A DNA stretch of 64,000 bases, taken from the NCBI GenBank assembly GCA_951406725.2, contig OX597827.1, positions 26,164,001 through 26,228,000 of the forward strand. Reading direction: 5' to 3'. This stretch comes from Octopus vulgaris. Lineage: Eukaryota. The first letter of the stretch is position 1. Each line of letters starts with the position of its first letter. The notes under the pieces were generated by a model. That model was not told the DNA's origin and made no database searches. It saw only the letters and a list, made by a program, of their open reading frames with translations. The position numbers were made by a program, and so were the translations under genes. This document shows, piece by piece, positions 1-12,716 of this stretch.

Positions 1-65
1 TCTGGTGCGGTAATTATTGTACCAACTCACCGCCGTAAAAATAATAAATGATAACAATAATAATG

Positions 66-510
66 ATTTCGCCGAGGTCGACTTTGCCTTTTTGGGGTTT
101 GCTTTCGGTCAACTTTGCCTTTTTGGGGTTTGCCTTTCGGTCGACTTTGCCTTTCGGGGTCGATAAAATTAAGAACCATTTGTGTACTGGGGTCAATCTA
201 ATCGAGTGGGGCCCTTCCCAAATGTTTCGGGCCTTGTGCCTAGAGTAGAAATGAATAATAATGATTCAAATTTTGGCAAGTTAGTTTGGCAAGGTATGAG
301 TCGATTACAGTGCTGAGAGGGTACTTCTTTTATCGACCCTCGAAAGAAAGAAGGGTAAATTGAATTAAAAGTGCAAAAGTGGACGAAATGCTGCTAAGCA
401 ATTTGCCCGGCACGGTAAGAATTCTGTCAGTTAACAGCAACAACAACGACGACGACGACGACGACAACAACAACAACAACAACGAAAATAAAAACAACAA
501 CAACAACAAC

Positions 511-568
<58 letters not shown>

Positions 569-577
569 TTGATGATG

Positions 578-614
<37 letters not shown>

Positions 615-934
615 TAATAATAATAATAATTATGCTCCGGAAGGTGCTCGAAGAATAAGAGGTGTTACCTTAGTTCACAGGTAGTGAACAGCTGGCAATG
701 TAGTCCATCTCCAGCGTTAATAGCTGTGCAAAGACAATGATGATAATAATAATAATAATAATGTTTTGAAATTTTGACACAAGGCGAGAAATAGTAGGAT
801 GAGAGGGGTCGATCGATTACAATTACGCCAGTCTTCAACTGGTACTTACTGAATTGAACGCGAAACGATGAAAGATAAAGTCGACCTCGTTAGAATTGGA
901 TCTCTGAACGTAAAGACCGACGAAATGGCGCTAA
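66..934. mobile_element. Three partial SINE family N copies (66-252 +, 264-431 -, 766-934 -) around an (AAC)/(AAT) tract
   Basis: GGTCGACTTTGCC core on both strands. Confidence 0.75.
632..740 (+). mobile_element. Very short 3' end of LINE family C within (AAT)n
   Basis: CTCCGGAAGGTGCT..GAGGTGTTACCTTAGTTCAC..CTCCAGCGTTA..AGCTGTGCAAAG matches the reverse complement of 59512-59615. AAT repeats on both sides. Confidence 0.65.
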
Positions 935-1373
935 ATAATAGAGAAAATGAGAAAACAAAGGGAATGATGAAGAAATATTTTGCAAAATAGAATCACATTC
1001 ATATGCGTCAAGGGAGAAAAACAACAGCACCAGTCTTGGTTAGCAAGATTCTTTATGGAAAATGTTGCAAGACGCAACGGAAATTTTAGAAAAATAAATA
1101 AGTAAATGAGTGGAAACTTTACCGGTGAGTGTGTTAAATAACAAGGCACTAAAAGGGAATGAATCTCCCCAGACACAACATTTTACATTTATTTTATTTC
1201 ACATTTTGCCTCGTGAGAGTTACAGAAAATAATAAACAGCGAGGATATTTTAACAAGTTAAGAGAACTTGATGAAGCTTTTAGATAGCAAAGTAATTTAG
1301 ACAAATATGAAAGACTGAAGGATACGAATGAAGCTTGTTGGAATGAGGAAAGATATATATATATATATATACA

Positions 1374-1692
1374 TCTGAGATCCCCTTCGGTCATGACTGA
1401 CCGTGGGTTGCACCTAGAAAGTTACCCTCCCACGTACAAATCCGGGCAAGGTTATTTATGGAAGACCAGCAATCGCCCATTTATACCGGCCTCCCCTCTC
1501 CACGCCACCAATGTTATCGAAGGGAAAGACAAACGCCAACACAGCTTGGCACTCATTTCTACAGCTCAATGAATTGGAGCAACGAGAAATAAAGTGTCTT
1601 GCTCAAGAACACAGCATGCAGCCCGATCCGGGATTCGAACTTACAAACTCCCGATCGTAAGCTCGACGCTCTAACCACTGAACCATGCGCCT
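1374..1692 (-). mobile_element. tRNA-derived SINE family C (CORE-like); related copies 4975-5163 (-), 10355-10608 (+), 19045-19320 (+), 27478-27757 (-), 51596-51878 (+)
   Basis: GGCGCATGGTTCAGTGGTTAGAGCG..GTTCGAATCCC..GTGTTCTTGAGCAAGACACTTTATTTC..GTTGCTCCA. Tails differ between copies. Confidence 0.8.
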
Positions 1693-1722
1693 TCTCTCTC
1701 TCACACACACACACACATACAC

Positions 1723-1798
<76 letters not shown>

Positions 1799-2370
1799 CA
1801 TATTTAAATAATTCGTTTTGCTCTGTTCTGATCTCAGGTATATTTTATGTTTTATTTCACTGTCTTATTCTCGGGGTATGCCATTTTTGCTCTTTTATTT
1901 TATTTTTTAGTCTTTATTCATTTATCCATGTATGCTTTATTCTGTCACAGTTCATTATCGAAACGGATAGAACGCTAAGCTAACTAAAATATATTCTTAT
2001 AGGGATAAATGAACGGCAAGTAAAATATGAGGTACTTTTAGAAGACGCATCTGCAACTATTATGCATGACAATCGATTGTACAGCATCTCACCTGTATGT
2101 AACGGGTGCATGATGAGTCGAAACGATTGTAGGGATTTTTAGAATCTCGTAAATTCGATTTTCTGTCTCATCTCTTTATAATATCCAATTGCATATGTTC
2201 CTATAAATAGAAACATCCACTCAAACATACATATATTTCTTCATATATATGCATATGCACAAACACACACACACTCTCTTTCTCTCTCTCTCTCTCTCAC
2301 GCACACACAGATATATATATACACATTTTATTCCTTCCCTCTCCATTTTCCCTTGGACTTCCCTCTCTCC

Positions 2371-2407
2371 TGTTTCTGAAGAAGAGCTTTGCTCGAAACG
2401 TACAACA
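2371..2407 (+). ncRNA. Minimal hammerhead motif in a ~190-bp microsatellite-embedded element (about 2325-2510)
   Basis: UGUUU-CUGAAGA-A-GAGC-UUU-GCUC-GAAAC-GUA-CAACA, with one stem I mismatch. Confidence 0.65.
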
Positions 2408-2535
2408 CCCTTTCTTTCCTCCCTTGAGCGTCTTTTAATATTTTGCATGTACCATGTCCTCACCTTGTTGTCATTCCTTGTAATTTGTTTCTTCATTTCT
2501 TTCTAATAATTATATATACATATGTATATATACAC

Positions 2536-2594
<59 letters not shown>

Positions 2595-2627
2595 CGTGTA
2601 TGTATGTATGTATGTATGTATGCATGC

Positions 2628-2662
<35 letters not shown>

Positions 2663-3486
2663 TGTATGTATGTATATGCAAAAGAGAGTTTGGTACAGGA
2701 CGATAAACAGACCAATACTGAGGTTGATGGAGAGAGGTAGAAGAGCGGAGAGAAAGGGAGAGACAGAGAGACAGAGAGACAGAGAGAGACAGAGAGAGAC
2801 AGTGAGACACAGAGAGAGACAGAGACTGAGACAGGAAGACAAACAGAGACAGACATTTGTATACTTGTGTGTTTGGATACAAGACGGAAACGGTAGGGCA
2901 TAATAGAGCAAGATAGACAACACGAAGGAGCGAGAAAGGGAGAGAGAGAGAGAAAAGAAGAGAGGGAGAAAGGGAGAGAATGCATTTGTGTTTGTGAGAC
3001 AGAGCTTGAATGAGAAAATGTTTGAAGAATGTCGCCTTTAACATTGAGGGTAGTGAGAAACTTTTGATTTTTCGCTTACTTAACTTGTAGTAAGAAAAGC
3101 CTCATAAACAATATAATAGAATCGACTTCTATTCTTGTAGATGTCAAAGTTATTTTGGTCGGAATTATTTCCTTTTACGCTTTTAGAATATTTCAATATT
3201 GTCTTGCAAATTTGCTTATAAAAACAATGCAGCTAAAAATCTCCTCTTTTGTTATATAACTTGTAGTTTTTGTAGTGGCTCTGGTTGTTGTTGTTGATGT
3301 TGTTGAAGTGTTTGTTGTTGTTACTGATGGTGATGGTGGCGATGGATGTGGCGGTAGTATTGATGGTGTTAGTGGTGAAGGTGATGGTTGCAGTGACGGT
3401 GACTGCTGCTTTGCTTAAACCCACAAGTCAACTCCAGCAGCCATTATCCTTCCTTTATTCGAGGCAATAAGAAACCATATATAAAG

Positions 3487-4262
3487 CAGTGAGCTGGCAG
3501 AAAGGTTAGCACGCCGGGCAAAATGCTCAGCGGTATTTCGTCTGCCGTTACGTTCTGAGTTCAAATTCAGCCGAAGTCGACTTTGCCTTTCATCCTTTCG
3601 GGGTCGATTAAATAAGTACCAGTTACGCACGGGTCGATATAATTGACTTGATCCGTTTATCTGTCATTGTTTGTCCTCTCTGTGTTTAGCCCCTTGTGGG
3701 TAATAAAGAAATAGGTATTTCGTCTGCCATTACGTTCTGGGTTTAAATTCCGCCGAGGCCGACTTTGCTTTTCATCCTTTCAGGGTCGATAAAATAAGTA
3801 ACAGTTACGCATCGGGGTCGATATAATCTACTTAATCCGTTTGTCTGTCCTTCTTTGTCCTCTCAGTGTTTAGCTCCTTGTGGGTAGTAAAGAAATTGGT
3901 ATTTCGCCTGTCGCTAAGTTCTGATTTCAAATTCCACCGAGGCTGACTTTGCCTTTCATCCTTTCTGGAGTGATGAAATAAGAACCAGTTGAGTATAGGG
4001 GTTCATGTAATCGACATAATTATTGCCTGTACCAAAATTTGAAACCGTTATTATCATGATCATCAATGCGAGCTAGCAAAATCGTTAGCACGTTCTACAA
4101 AATACTCAGCGGCATTTTATCCGTCTTTACAATATGAATTGAAAGTCCGCCGAAGACATCTTTTCGAGATCGATAATACAACTACCAGTTGAGCACTGGG
4201 GTCGATGTAATTGACTTAACCTCTCCTACGAAGTTGGTATCGTTGTGCCAAAAACTTTGGAA
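3487..4262 (+). mobile_element. tRNA-derived SINE family N (Nin/Deu-like core), tandem bodies plus an adjacent degenerate copy
   Basis: GAGCTGGCAGAA..GTTAGCACGCCGGG..GAGTTCAAATTC-CGCCGAGGTCGACTTTGCCTTTCATCCTTTCGGGGTCGAT, repeated 3-4 times. Confidence 0.85.
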
Positions 4263-4649
4263 GTAATATGAAAGCAAACAAATCGAATGAATGCTTTTAT
4301 TGATTTTGCCATTTAATAAGCTGCTGTGATTTGAAGTTCGAGTGGTAAATATTTCCGTCAGCCAGTTCGATCCCCTCATTCGCTGGCTAGTTCGACTAGC
4401 TACATTCGTTGTCTAGATGTTGTTGTTGCTGTTGTTGTGGCAGTAGTCATAATGGTAACAGTGATGGTGCAGTGTTCAGTCCTTGTTCAAACCTAATTGA
4501 TCACACAAAGATGACAACTATTCCAGCCATGGCCATCCCCTTATCACTATATTCTTGAATACTTTCTCTAAAGTGTCCTTCATCAAGAGAAAAGGACAGC
4601 TCCCATGATATTGGCGTTTCTTACCAAACTGGTAGATTTCTGAAATCAG

Positions 4650-4915
4650 ACATGGAAAATGAAAAACGTGAAGATAGTTCTAATTATTGTTGGATCTTTG
4701 GGGACAGTATCAGAAGGCATGAAGAGAAACATAAGGGAAATCGGAATAAAGCGCCCAGTAGAAATATTACCAAAGGTTTGACTCAGTGGCACGGCTAGAA
4801 TAATCAGCAAAGTATTAGCTGAAAAGAACGAATAGCATGGTACCATAGGCTGCAGGTAGCAAGCTCACTAGGCATGCAAGAGTCCAGGAGTTACAACAAA
4901 ACTTGAGATAAAAAG
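4650..4915 (+). mobile_element. Degenerate 3' end of an R4/Dong-like LINE
   Basis: Translates to WKMKNVKIVLIIVGSLGTVS..LPKV*LSGTARIISKVL, the typical RLE C-terminal pattern. Confidence 0.55.
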
Positions 4916-5575
4916 GACAAGAAAAAATATCAAATTCTAGTGCGAGGCCAGCAATTTCGGGCAAATTCGAGATTCAGCTTGACACAGAATCTGACAAGGC
5001 TGTCTCTTTGAAATAAAGGTAATACTCGGTTTTGAGAGCTGAGTGCACTGGAGCAACGTGAAATAAAGAAACTTCCTCAATGACACAACTCAATGCCAGG
5101 ACTCGAACTCGCAGCCTTACAACCGTGAGCCGAACACCGTAACCACTGAACTACGTGCCTTCACTACGACATTTGCAATGGTGAAAGCACATGATGGAAA
5201 CGAAGTCGTATGTATTAGTACTTAATAGTATTAAAACATAAAACATGTATATTATGTGAAAGTTCCTTATCTTTAGAAAGTAGATATGGCTAGGAGCGGA
5301 AATGAATCCCTGATTTAGGTTCGTAGTTAACTGTATGCTACATCCGTCAAATTGGTTAGGTTCATAAAAGATAAATGGAAATATTGATTATAGACTAAAT
5401 ATGTAACCAAGCAAATAAGCAATTATATACATAGATATTTCATGCATAATACATGATTACATGAGTGCAAGCATCCATACTTAAATGCTATTATGCCTCG
5501 ATACATATTTTCCTATGCATACATAAATGTATATCCAAATAAATTGATCTGAATACGCGTGTGTGTGAGTGTGTG

Positions 5576-5666
<91 letters not shown>

Positions 5667-5757
5667 ATATGTACATGTATGTATATATATAAATATATAT
5701 ATGCTTATGTATATATATATGTATATAAATATATATATATATATACATACATATACG

Positions 5758-5789
<32 letters not shown>

Positions 5790-6226
5790 GACAAACACAC
5801 ACAGATATACACATGCTTATATACATTTATGTAATATATACATATATATATACACACATACATATATATATATACGCATACATATATATATACACATACA
5901 TACACACACACACACATATATATATATATATTTTTTTTCCACCCTACATATGCATGTATATATAATTATATGTATATATATGCACGCCTAGATATTTATG
6001 TATATGAATTTATGAACGTGCTTAGTTGTGCACAACACTAAAACGTGCAAAATAAAGTAGTGCTAATGTAGAGGTGCATACGTACACGCGAATAATACGT
6101 GTGCGTGTGTGTGTCTGCGTGCACGCGCATCTCTGTTCTTTCTCATATAGATGTATATAATTGTGTACAATTATGTGTACGTACGTGTGTATGTAGGTAT
6201 AAATATATAAGTTTAGAAGCGTTTCT

Positions 6227-6306
<80 letters not shown>

Positions 6307-6407
6307 ACATACGTGTGTTTGTGTGTCTGTGTATGTGTATATAAACAACCTACACACGCGCACGCACACACACATACATACATATATGTGGTTATATGTT
6401 TATTTAA

Positions 6408-6460
<53 letters not shown>

Positions 6461-6839
6461 TGTATACGGCGTATATGTGTGTATGTGTGTATGTGTCTGC
6501 ATATGTGTGTGGGTAAATTTCTAGAAATGTACGCACCTTTAGACGTCGATAATATGTAATATTTATGAGACCTATAATTACATGTATATTAATTACGCTT
6601 CCTTTCCATTCCTCTTAATTATAGTGTCACTAAATGTACACACCATAGAATGCACCTTGCTGCACTTTGGAGAAATTTCGATACGCAGTATGGCAGTCGG
6701 GCTGTTAAAATGACCTTTGGTATTATTATTCCATCAAGACAGTTAATTAATCCTGAGCAAATATAATAATACATTTCAATATGGCCGGACTGAGGTATTA
6801 GAGCCAAAACGAAATATAGAATTAATCACAAAGGTTATA

Positions 6840-7030
6840 CAGTGTGCGGCAAAAAACCTCCCACATTGTAGAAGTTGGCAACAGTTTCCAAAGTCAAATG
6901 CACAGTTTATACCAGTCGAAACTATGTTGGAAAACAACAACAGTAAAGCCGTAATATGTTATGTATAGTACTTCAGTAGTCCCACAGGAATGACCGTTTG
7001 AAATATGGGACGCATTTCCGCCGCACCCTC
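6840..7030. mobile_element. Tc1/mariner-type MITE (~190 bp)
   Basis: TA-CAGTGTGCGGCAAAAAACCTCCCACATT ... AATATGGGACGCATTTCCGCCGCACCCTC-TA: imperfect TIRs with TA on both sides. Confidence 0.68.
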
Positions 7031-7619
7031 TAAGTGTTGGTTAAGCCGAGATTACCTCTCAATGAACTAGCAAACCTATAATCATTGGCTTTCCATCTGA
7101 GAATATCCTGCTCGTTTTATGAGGAAGGTATGGCTGCTATTTTCACTCTCCTATCATTATAAACTATTGAGAAAGCCTCTTCATGATCGCGTCTTATGCT
7201 AATAGTAGCTGCCAAATCTCCCTCAAACCATATCCTAATGTCTTAAAAAAATAAGGCGTTGGATAATGGTGGCTCTAGGTTCATTGCGCAAAGTTAAATT
7301 AAAAAAATAGGGTAGTTATGTCGAGTATGCTTTTGATCATGGATGGAGTTGATCAAAGTTCATTTGAGTCCAAACACCTGACAATTAAAACCAACAAATC
7401 TTTACATCGTCGATGGATTTATTAGGATCCGCAGCCAATTTTGTATCATCTCACACACAGCAATCTCAACAAAGAAGATTGTAATGGATATTATTAACCT
7501 GGCCACATCTGATTGGCCAAGATATTATTGTTGCTAACTATGCAAGTCAAACTGGCCAAAATTATTTCCTAGCAAATCTTTGTCAAGATTTTCAGGCATT
7601 TTTGAATAGATTGCACCGT

Positions 7620-7920
7620 GCAGACGAGAACTGGTAGGCTGAAATATGTGCAAAGGGTTTAACGGTTACAGTGTACTGGGGATATAAACGTCTTGTAGAT
7701 TGTCGGCACCGGGCTGAGAAGTGGCTCTGCTGTTCTTGGAAGGACTTCAAATGTAAGCACAGAGAGATGTTAAGTTGGTGTTGGTGCTGGATGTGAACGA
7801 CAAGGAATGCTGTGAAGTCAAACTTGTGGTTGTTTATGCTCCGTCTGGTGCTTGACAGCCTGTTTCACTGGCGTCTAGAAGTTTCCTTTGGTAAGTAAGG
7901 CTTTTTAGCACCGGTAGGGG
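7620..7920 (+). pseudogene. Possible decayed APE-endonuclease fragment of an L1/Tx1-like LINE
   Basis: Translates to LVLVLDVNDKECCEVKLVVVYAPSG, resembling the LVxVYAP motif. Very degenerate. Confidence 0.35.
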
Positions 7921-8032
7921 ATTTAGTATTCATTTTAAACGTGAACTAAAATTGGGAAGTTCTATATTTAAGAGATGAGGAATTATTTACATTATTTACA
8001 TTTGATGGATATTTGTCCTCATCTAGTTTGTT

Positions 8033-8080
8033 GTTAACAACGTTTCGGCTGATATGCCCTCCAGCCTTCATGAAGTGTCT
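8033..8080 (-). ncRNA. Hammerhead motif, decayed (UUCAUGA core)
   Basis: Minus strand GACAC-UUCAUGA-A-GGCUG..CAGCC-GAAAC-GUU. Homolog of 58355-58400. Confidence 0.5.
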
Positions 8081-8150
8081 TGGGGAAATTTAAAAACTTG
8101 GGTTCTCATTCCTAAGGTATTTTTCGATAATCTTGTTGTTGTTGTTGTTA

Positions 8151-8206
<56 letters not shown>

Positions 8207-8207
<1 letters not shown>

Positions 8208-10069
8208 TATGTTTGACTTGTGCTTTATATTTGTACAAGTTGGCTCCAAGTCTCACCCAGAGACCTCAAGAGACAACAGGGTTGGAAGTTCATGTTGTTG
8301 TTATGCCTAGTGTGCCATATATTTGGGGGGTGGGGATGTTGTACTAATGAATGTCTAAAAAAAAAAGTTTTTTTTTTTTTTTTTAAACCGAAAATTATGT
8401 TTGTTTTAAACCTTGAGATTACATAGAAAGTATTTTGCGTAGGATATGAGCAGTTCCCATGAGCACTATCTTTTGAACTTCTGCCATTTTTGGGTTTCCT
8501 GGTATCTGAGTTAGGTAGCTATCAGCCCCTTTTGCTATCATTCCCAGGGCATCTATGACAACAGGTATTGTTTTAGTCTTCAGCTTCCACATTTTGCTGA
8601 TTTCTATTTCAAGATCTTTATATTTGCTCAGTTTTTGGTAGGTCTTGACAGATACGTTTATATCGATTGGGACAGTCATATCAATGAGGAGGCATGTTCT
8701 TTGTTTGAAGTATTTCAATATGATGTCTGGCCTATTTGCATCTATCTTCCTGTCAGTTTGAATGGTGAAGTTCCAGAGGAGTGAGATGTGGTCATTTTCA
8801 AGCACTGGGGGTGGTTTGTGTTCCCACCAATTTTTTTCATGGGGCAAATCCAGGTTTTTACAGATTACCCAGTGAATATATTGTGCAGCTCTATCGTGCC
8901 TGTTGAGATACTCTGTAGGCGCTAGAAGACTGCACTTGGAGACCACATGGTCAATGGTTTCATTTTGTTGCTTGCATACACGACACGTTGGACTGCTTCT
9001 GATCTTTAATATGTTGGCCTGGTAGTTTCTTGTTGGTAGGCATTGATCTTGAGCTGCTATGATAAACCCCTCTGTTTCAGATTTTAAGCCAGAGGCCATT
9101 AGCCATTGATGGGTCAGGGCTTTGTCGATATCTGCATTATTCGCTCTCTTTGGGTATTTGCCATAGAGAGGTTTTTCTTGCCATTTATTATTCAGAATAT
9201 CTAAGGCCGCAGTTTTGGCACGGGTTTTCATGCGCCTAGCTTTTTCTGTGCTTGTTTCTTGTATATCTATCTCTAATTCCGAAATTGGTTGTATTCGGAA
9301 TTCACTTAGATATTCCTTTGCCTGTTTTGTTACTGAGTATGATGCTTTCTTATTTTCATGTTTTGAGACAAGTTTTAACATCCAGTCCTCAGAGTTTTTC
9401 AGGTAGGTGTCTAGGCCAATTGTAGCAATCTTCATTGTTATTGCCAGTTGCAAAAGACCACGGCCTCCTCTTTTCTTGGCAGATAGAGTCGTTCTGTATC
9501 TGCCCGAGGGTGGTGCATTCTATGCATTGTCAACAGTTTCCTTATTTTTCTGTCGAGCTGACATATTTCAGTAATTGACCAGTTAACAATATTGAAACTG
9601 TAAGTCACGACTGGTATAGCTAATGCATTGATCGCTTCGATCCTGTTTCTTGCATTCAGCTCTGTCTTGAGTATTGCTCTCACATTTCGATAGCATTCTC
9701 TCCTGATCCTTTCCTTCATCTCTGAATGCCTTATTCCGTTCCCTTCAATTACCCCTAGGTACTTGTAGCTCTCCGCTGGGTCTTGTTCTTTTATGACATT
9801 CTGTTGGTCAAGGTTAACGTTAGATGTTTCTGTCATTTTTCCTTTGATAAAGGTAGCCTTTGCACATTTATCGAGGCCGAATTGCATTCTGATGTCGTCA
9901 CTGAATTGTTTGACTATCGCTAGTAAGCCCTTGAGTGGTTGATCATTTTTTGCAAAAAGCTTTAAATCATCCATGTAAACGAGATGATTTATATTTTTAT
10001 CAAACATTTTATACCCGTACTGCGCGTCATTGAGCAGCTTTGAGAGAGGTATTAAGGATAAACAAAAGA
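8207..10069 (-). mobile_element. Dong/R4-clade non-LTR retrotransposon, family A copy 1 (5'-truncated, one frameshift)
   Basis: ORF 9438..10007 has RT motif YMDDLKLF and FGLDKC. ORF 8419..9453 has zinc knuckle CRVC..ETIDHVVSKC, RHD, and RLE motif RPDII..LIDM..K..KY. Its ~210-nt 3' UTR is shared with copies 2 and 3. (TAA)n flanks both sides. Confidence 0.93.
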
Positions 10070-10070
10070 A

Positions 10071-10101
<31 letters not shown>

Positions 10102-10871
10102 TGGTCACTTCCTAGAATCGAACTCGGAATATTAGGGTTAGTAGCCCGCGCTCTTAACTACTACGCCATATGCCCCTCTGTAGCACTTAGATCAGAGCAC
10201 TCACTGAATCCCCGAGACAGGTTAGCAACATTAGAAATGAAACATAAATTAAATTTTGTTGTCGTAGGAACCAATGCATGTGGCTACCAATTTATCCTCT
10301 GGCAGCAAACTTGTGCCTAGTGTGGACTCCACTAAAGACATCTCCGAGCGATTGGATGCGCTTGGCTTAGTGGTTAGGGTATTAGACTCATGATAGTAAG
10401 ATTGTGGCTTCAGTTCCTGGACCGGGCGATGCGTTGTGTTCTTGAGCAAAACACTTCATTACACATTGCTCCAGTCCACTCAGCTGACAAAAATGAGTTA
10501 ATCCTGCGACAGACTGGAGCCCCATCCAGGTGGGAAATTTATGCGCCGCTGAAACCGAGAAACCGGTCCTCATGAGTCGCTATGACTCGAGAAAGTGATT
10601 TTACTTTTTAACTTCTCGAAGCGAAGTGCTGACGTTTATAAAACTTGTCGGTTGAGTATAGATACGAGAATTAGTTTCAATCTATCCAGGGTGCTTCTGA
10701 ATGTTTTTTTTTCACCTGTGGACTCCTTTGATTCGTAACTTATTTGGATGGACCGTCACATTAATTCAGTGTTTTAAAAAATCCAATTATATTCTTAAAA
10801 TCAGTGTCGCTGGTGCAACGGTTATAACAGTTACCGTCCAAGAAATCGATCTGAGGTCGACTCCAAGCTGA

Positions 10872-11045
10872 GGCAGGTGTAGCTATGTGGTAAGAAGTTT
10901 GCTACACAACGACATGGTTACGAGTTCAATCCTACTGCATAGCACCTTTGGTCAGTGATTTCTACTCTGGCGTCGAGCCGAACAGACCTTGTGAGTGGAT
11001 TTGGTTGTTGGAAACTGAAAGAAGCCCGTCGTATTTATATATATG

Positions 11046-11102
<57 letters not shown>

Positions 11103-11395
11103 CTTTCGCCACAGCTTTCTCTCACTCTTTTTTCTGTAGGCCTGCTCGCTTAGTCAGCGGTGTGGCGTCATATGAAGGCTAAAACAATGCGAAGCGCATT
11201 GTGTCCAGCGATGTGTAGCAACATTCGATGGCCTGGTCATGGTCACGGTTATATATATGTATGTATATTTATTTGCATGTGTCTTTCTCTCTGTGTTTGT
11301 CTCTCTCACCACTGCTTGATTACCGGTAAAAATTGAAGACAGTGCTCCAGCATGAACGTAATCTAGCAACTGAAACAAGTCAAGGATAAAAGATA
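10872..11395 (+). mobile_element. SINE family M copy; other copies at about 11900-12065 (+), 30345-30705 (-), 63887-64000 (+)
   Basis: GGCAGGTGTAGCTATGTGGTAAG..GAAAGAAGCCCGTCG..GTGCTCCAGCATG. Confidence 0.75.
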
Positions 11396-12084
11396 CAAAA
11401 TTATCAGGATTTGTATAAAAACATTAAAATGTTCTGTGCAATGAAGAATTATAACCAGCTTAGTGCACATCGATTTTAACAACAAAATCTTATACGGACC
11501 CGCAAGGGACTACCCAATGGACAACAGAAAGTTACCCTAAATTTATTTTCAATCACAATAATTGGCTTAGACAAGAGTTGTTCGATACCATTTTGTTCAA
11601 ATTTAAGTGAAATAGAAACCAGTTCCATATTATTATGAAAGAAACTTCTGAACGAATCATCATGCTGGATCTAATACCACATCCTGACACTTCGACGTCT
11701 TTACCAGAATCTGCTGTATTTTGAAGAACATTAGGGACAGACTTCCGGTCATGTATTGCTTTATTCCCTTTGTCCGTAAAGATCTCGAGGCCCTTAAAAT
11801 GTCATGGCCATTCTGTTCCCGCTGTTAAAAAGGACTGTAGATGGGAATCTGAAGAAGGTTTGGCTGCTATTTCTGCTCAGGTGGGTACGTTTCTGCGTGT
11901 GTATGCATGTTCCTATGTGGTATGATGTTTGACTGTGAATCGCTTAGTTCCGGTTTCAGTCCAACTGTATGTCAGTTTTGATAAGGGAGTTCTTCTAGAA
12001 ACCCTGGGCCGACCAAAGTCTTGTGGCTGAATTTTGTAGGCGGAAACCGTTGTATGTGTGTATGTGCATGTGCTTGTATTTATA

Positions 12085-12542
12085 CACTGGAGCACTGCCT
12101 TTAGTCGAGCAAATCGAGCCCAGGACTTATTCTTTGTAAGACTTATTCTATCGGCCTCTCTTGCCGAACCGCTAAGTTACGGGGACGTAAGAACACCAGC
12201 ATCGGTTGTCAAGACATGCGGCGATCTGGCAGAACGGTTAACTCTCCGGGCGAAATGCGTAGCGGTATTTCGTCTGCGTTACGTTATGAGTTCAAACTCC
12301 ACCGAGGTCGACTTTGCCTTTCATCCTTTCGGGGTCGATAAATTAAGTACCAGTTACGCACTGGGGTCGATGTAATCGACTTAATACCTATGTCTGTCCT
12401 TGTTTGTCCCCTCTGTGTTTAGCTCCTTGTGGGTAATAAAGAAATAGGTTGTCAAGACATGCTGGAGGGACAAACACAGACACACAAACATACACACACA
12501 CATACATACATACATACAAACATACATACATACATACATACA

Positions 12543-12576
<34 letters not shown>

Positions 12577-12716
12577 CTTATATACGACGGTCTTCTTTCA
12601 GTTTCCGTCTACCACATCCACTCACAAGGCTTTGCCCAAGGTGCTTTGCAGTGGGAATAAACCTGGAACCATGTAGTTTGTAAGCAAGCTACTTACCACA
12701 CAGCCACTCCTGCGCC
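12085..12716 (-). mobile_element. SINE family M copy hosting the family N insertion
   Basis: Reverse complement of 28718-29745 segments. Confidence 0.8.
12220..12446 (+). mobile_element. SINE family N copy with 16-bp target-site duplication
   Basis: GGTTGTCAAGACATGC at 12204-12219 and 12447-12462. Confidence 0.9.

Larger units (their letters stand above)
7959..10175 (-). mobile_element. tRNA-headed SINE with internal (AAT)n and hammerhead-bearing tail, copy 1 (interrupted by Dong copy 1)
   Basis: Head 10175..10100 reads GGGCATATGGCGTAGTAGTTAAGAGCGCGGGC..CCGAGTTCGATTC (Pol III A/B boxes). Tail 8150..7959 matches 17800-17946 and 58300-58448. Confidence 0.8.

Noticed and set aside
10100-10175. 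Possible tRNA gene (also 1620-1692, 28718-28790)
   Set aside because: A/B boxes are present but the cloverleaf is incomplete, and each continues into a repeated body. These are SINE heads.
11848-11880. Isolated CTGANGA hits (also about 12973, 30938, 43302, 59125)
   Set aside because: No stem II/GAAA/GUH arrangement nearby.
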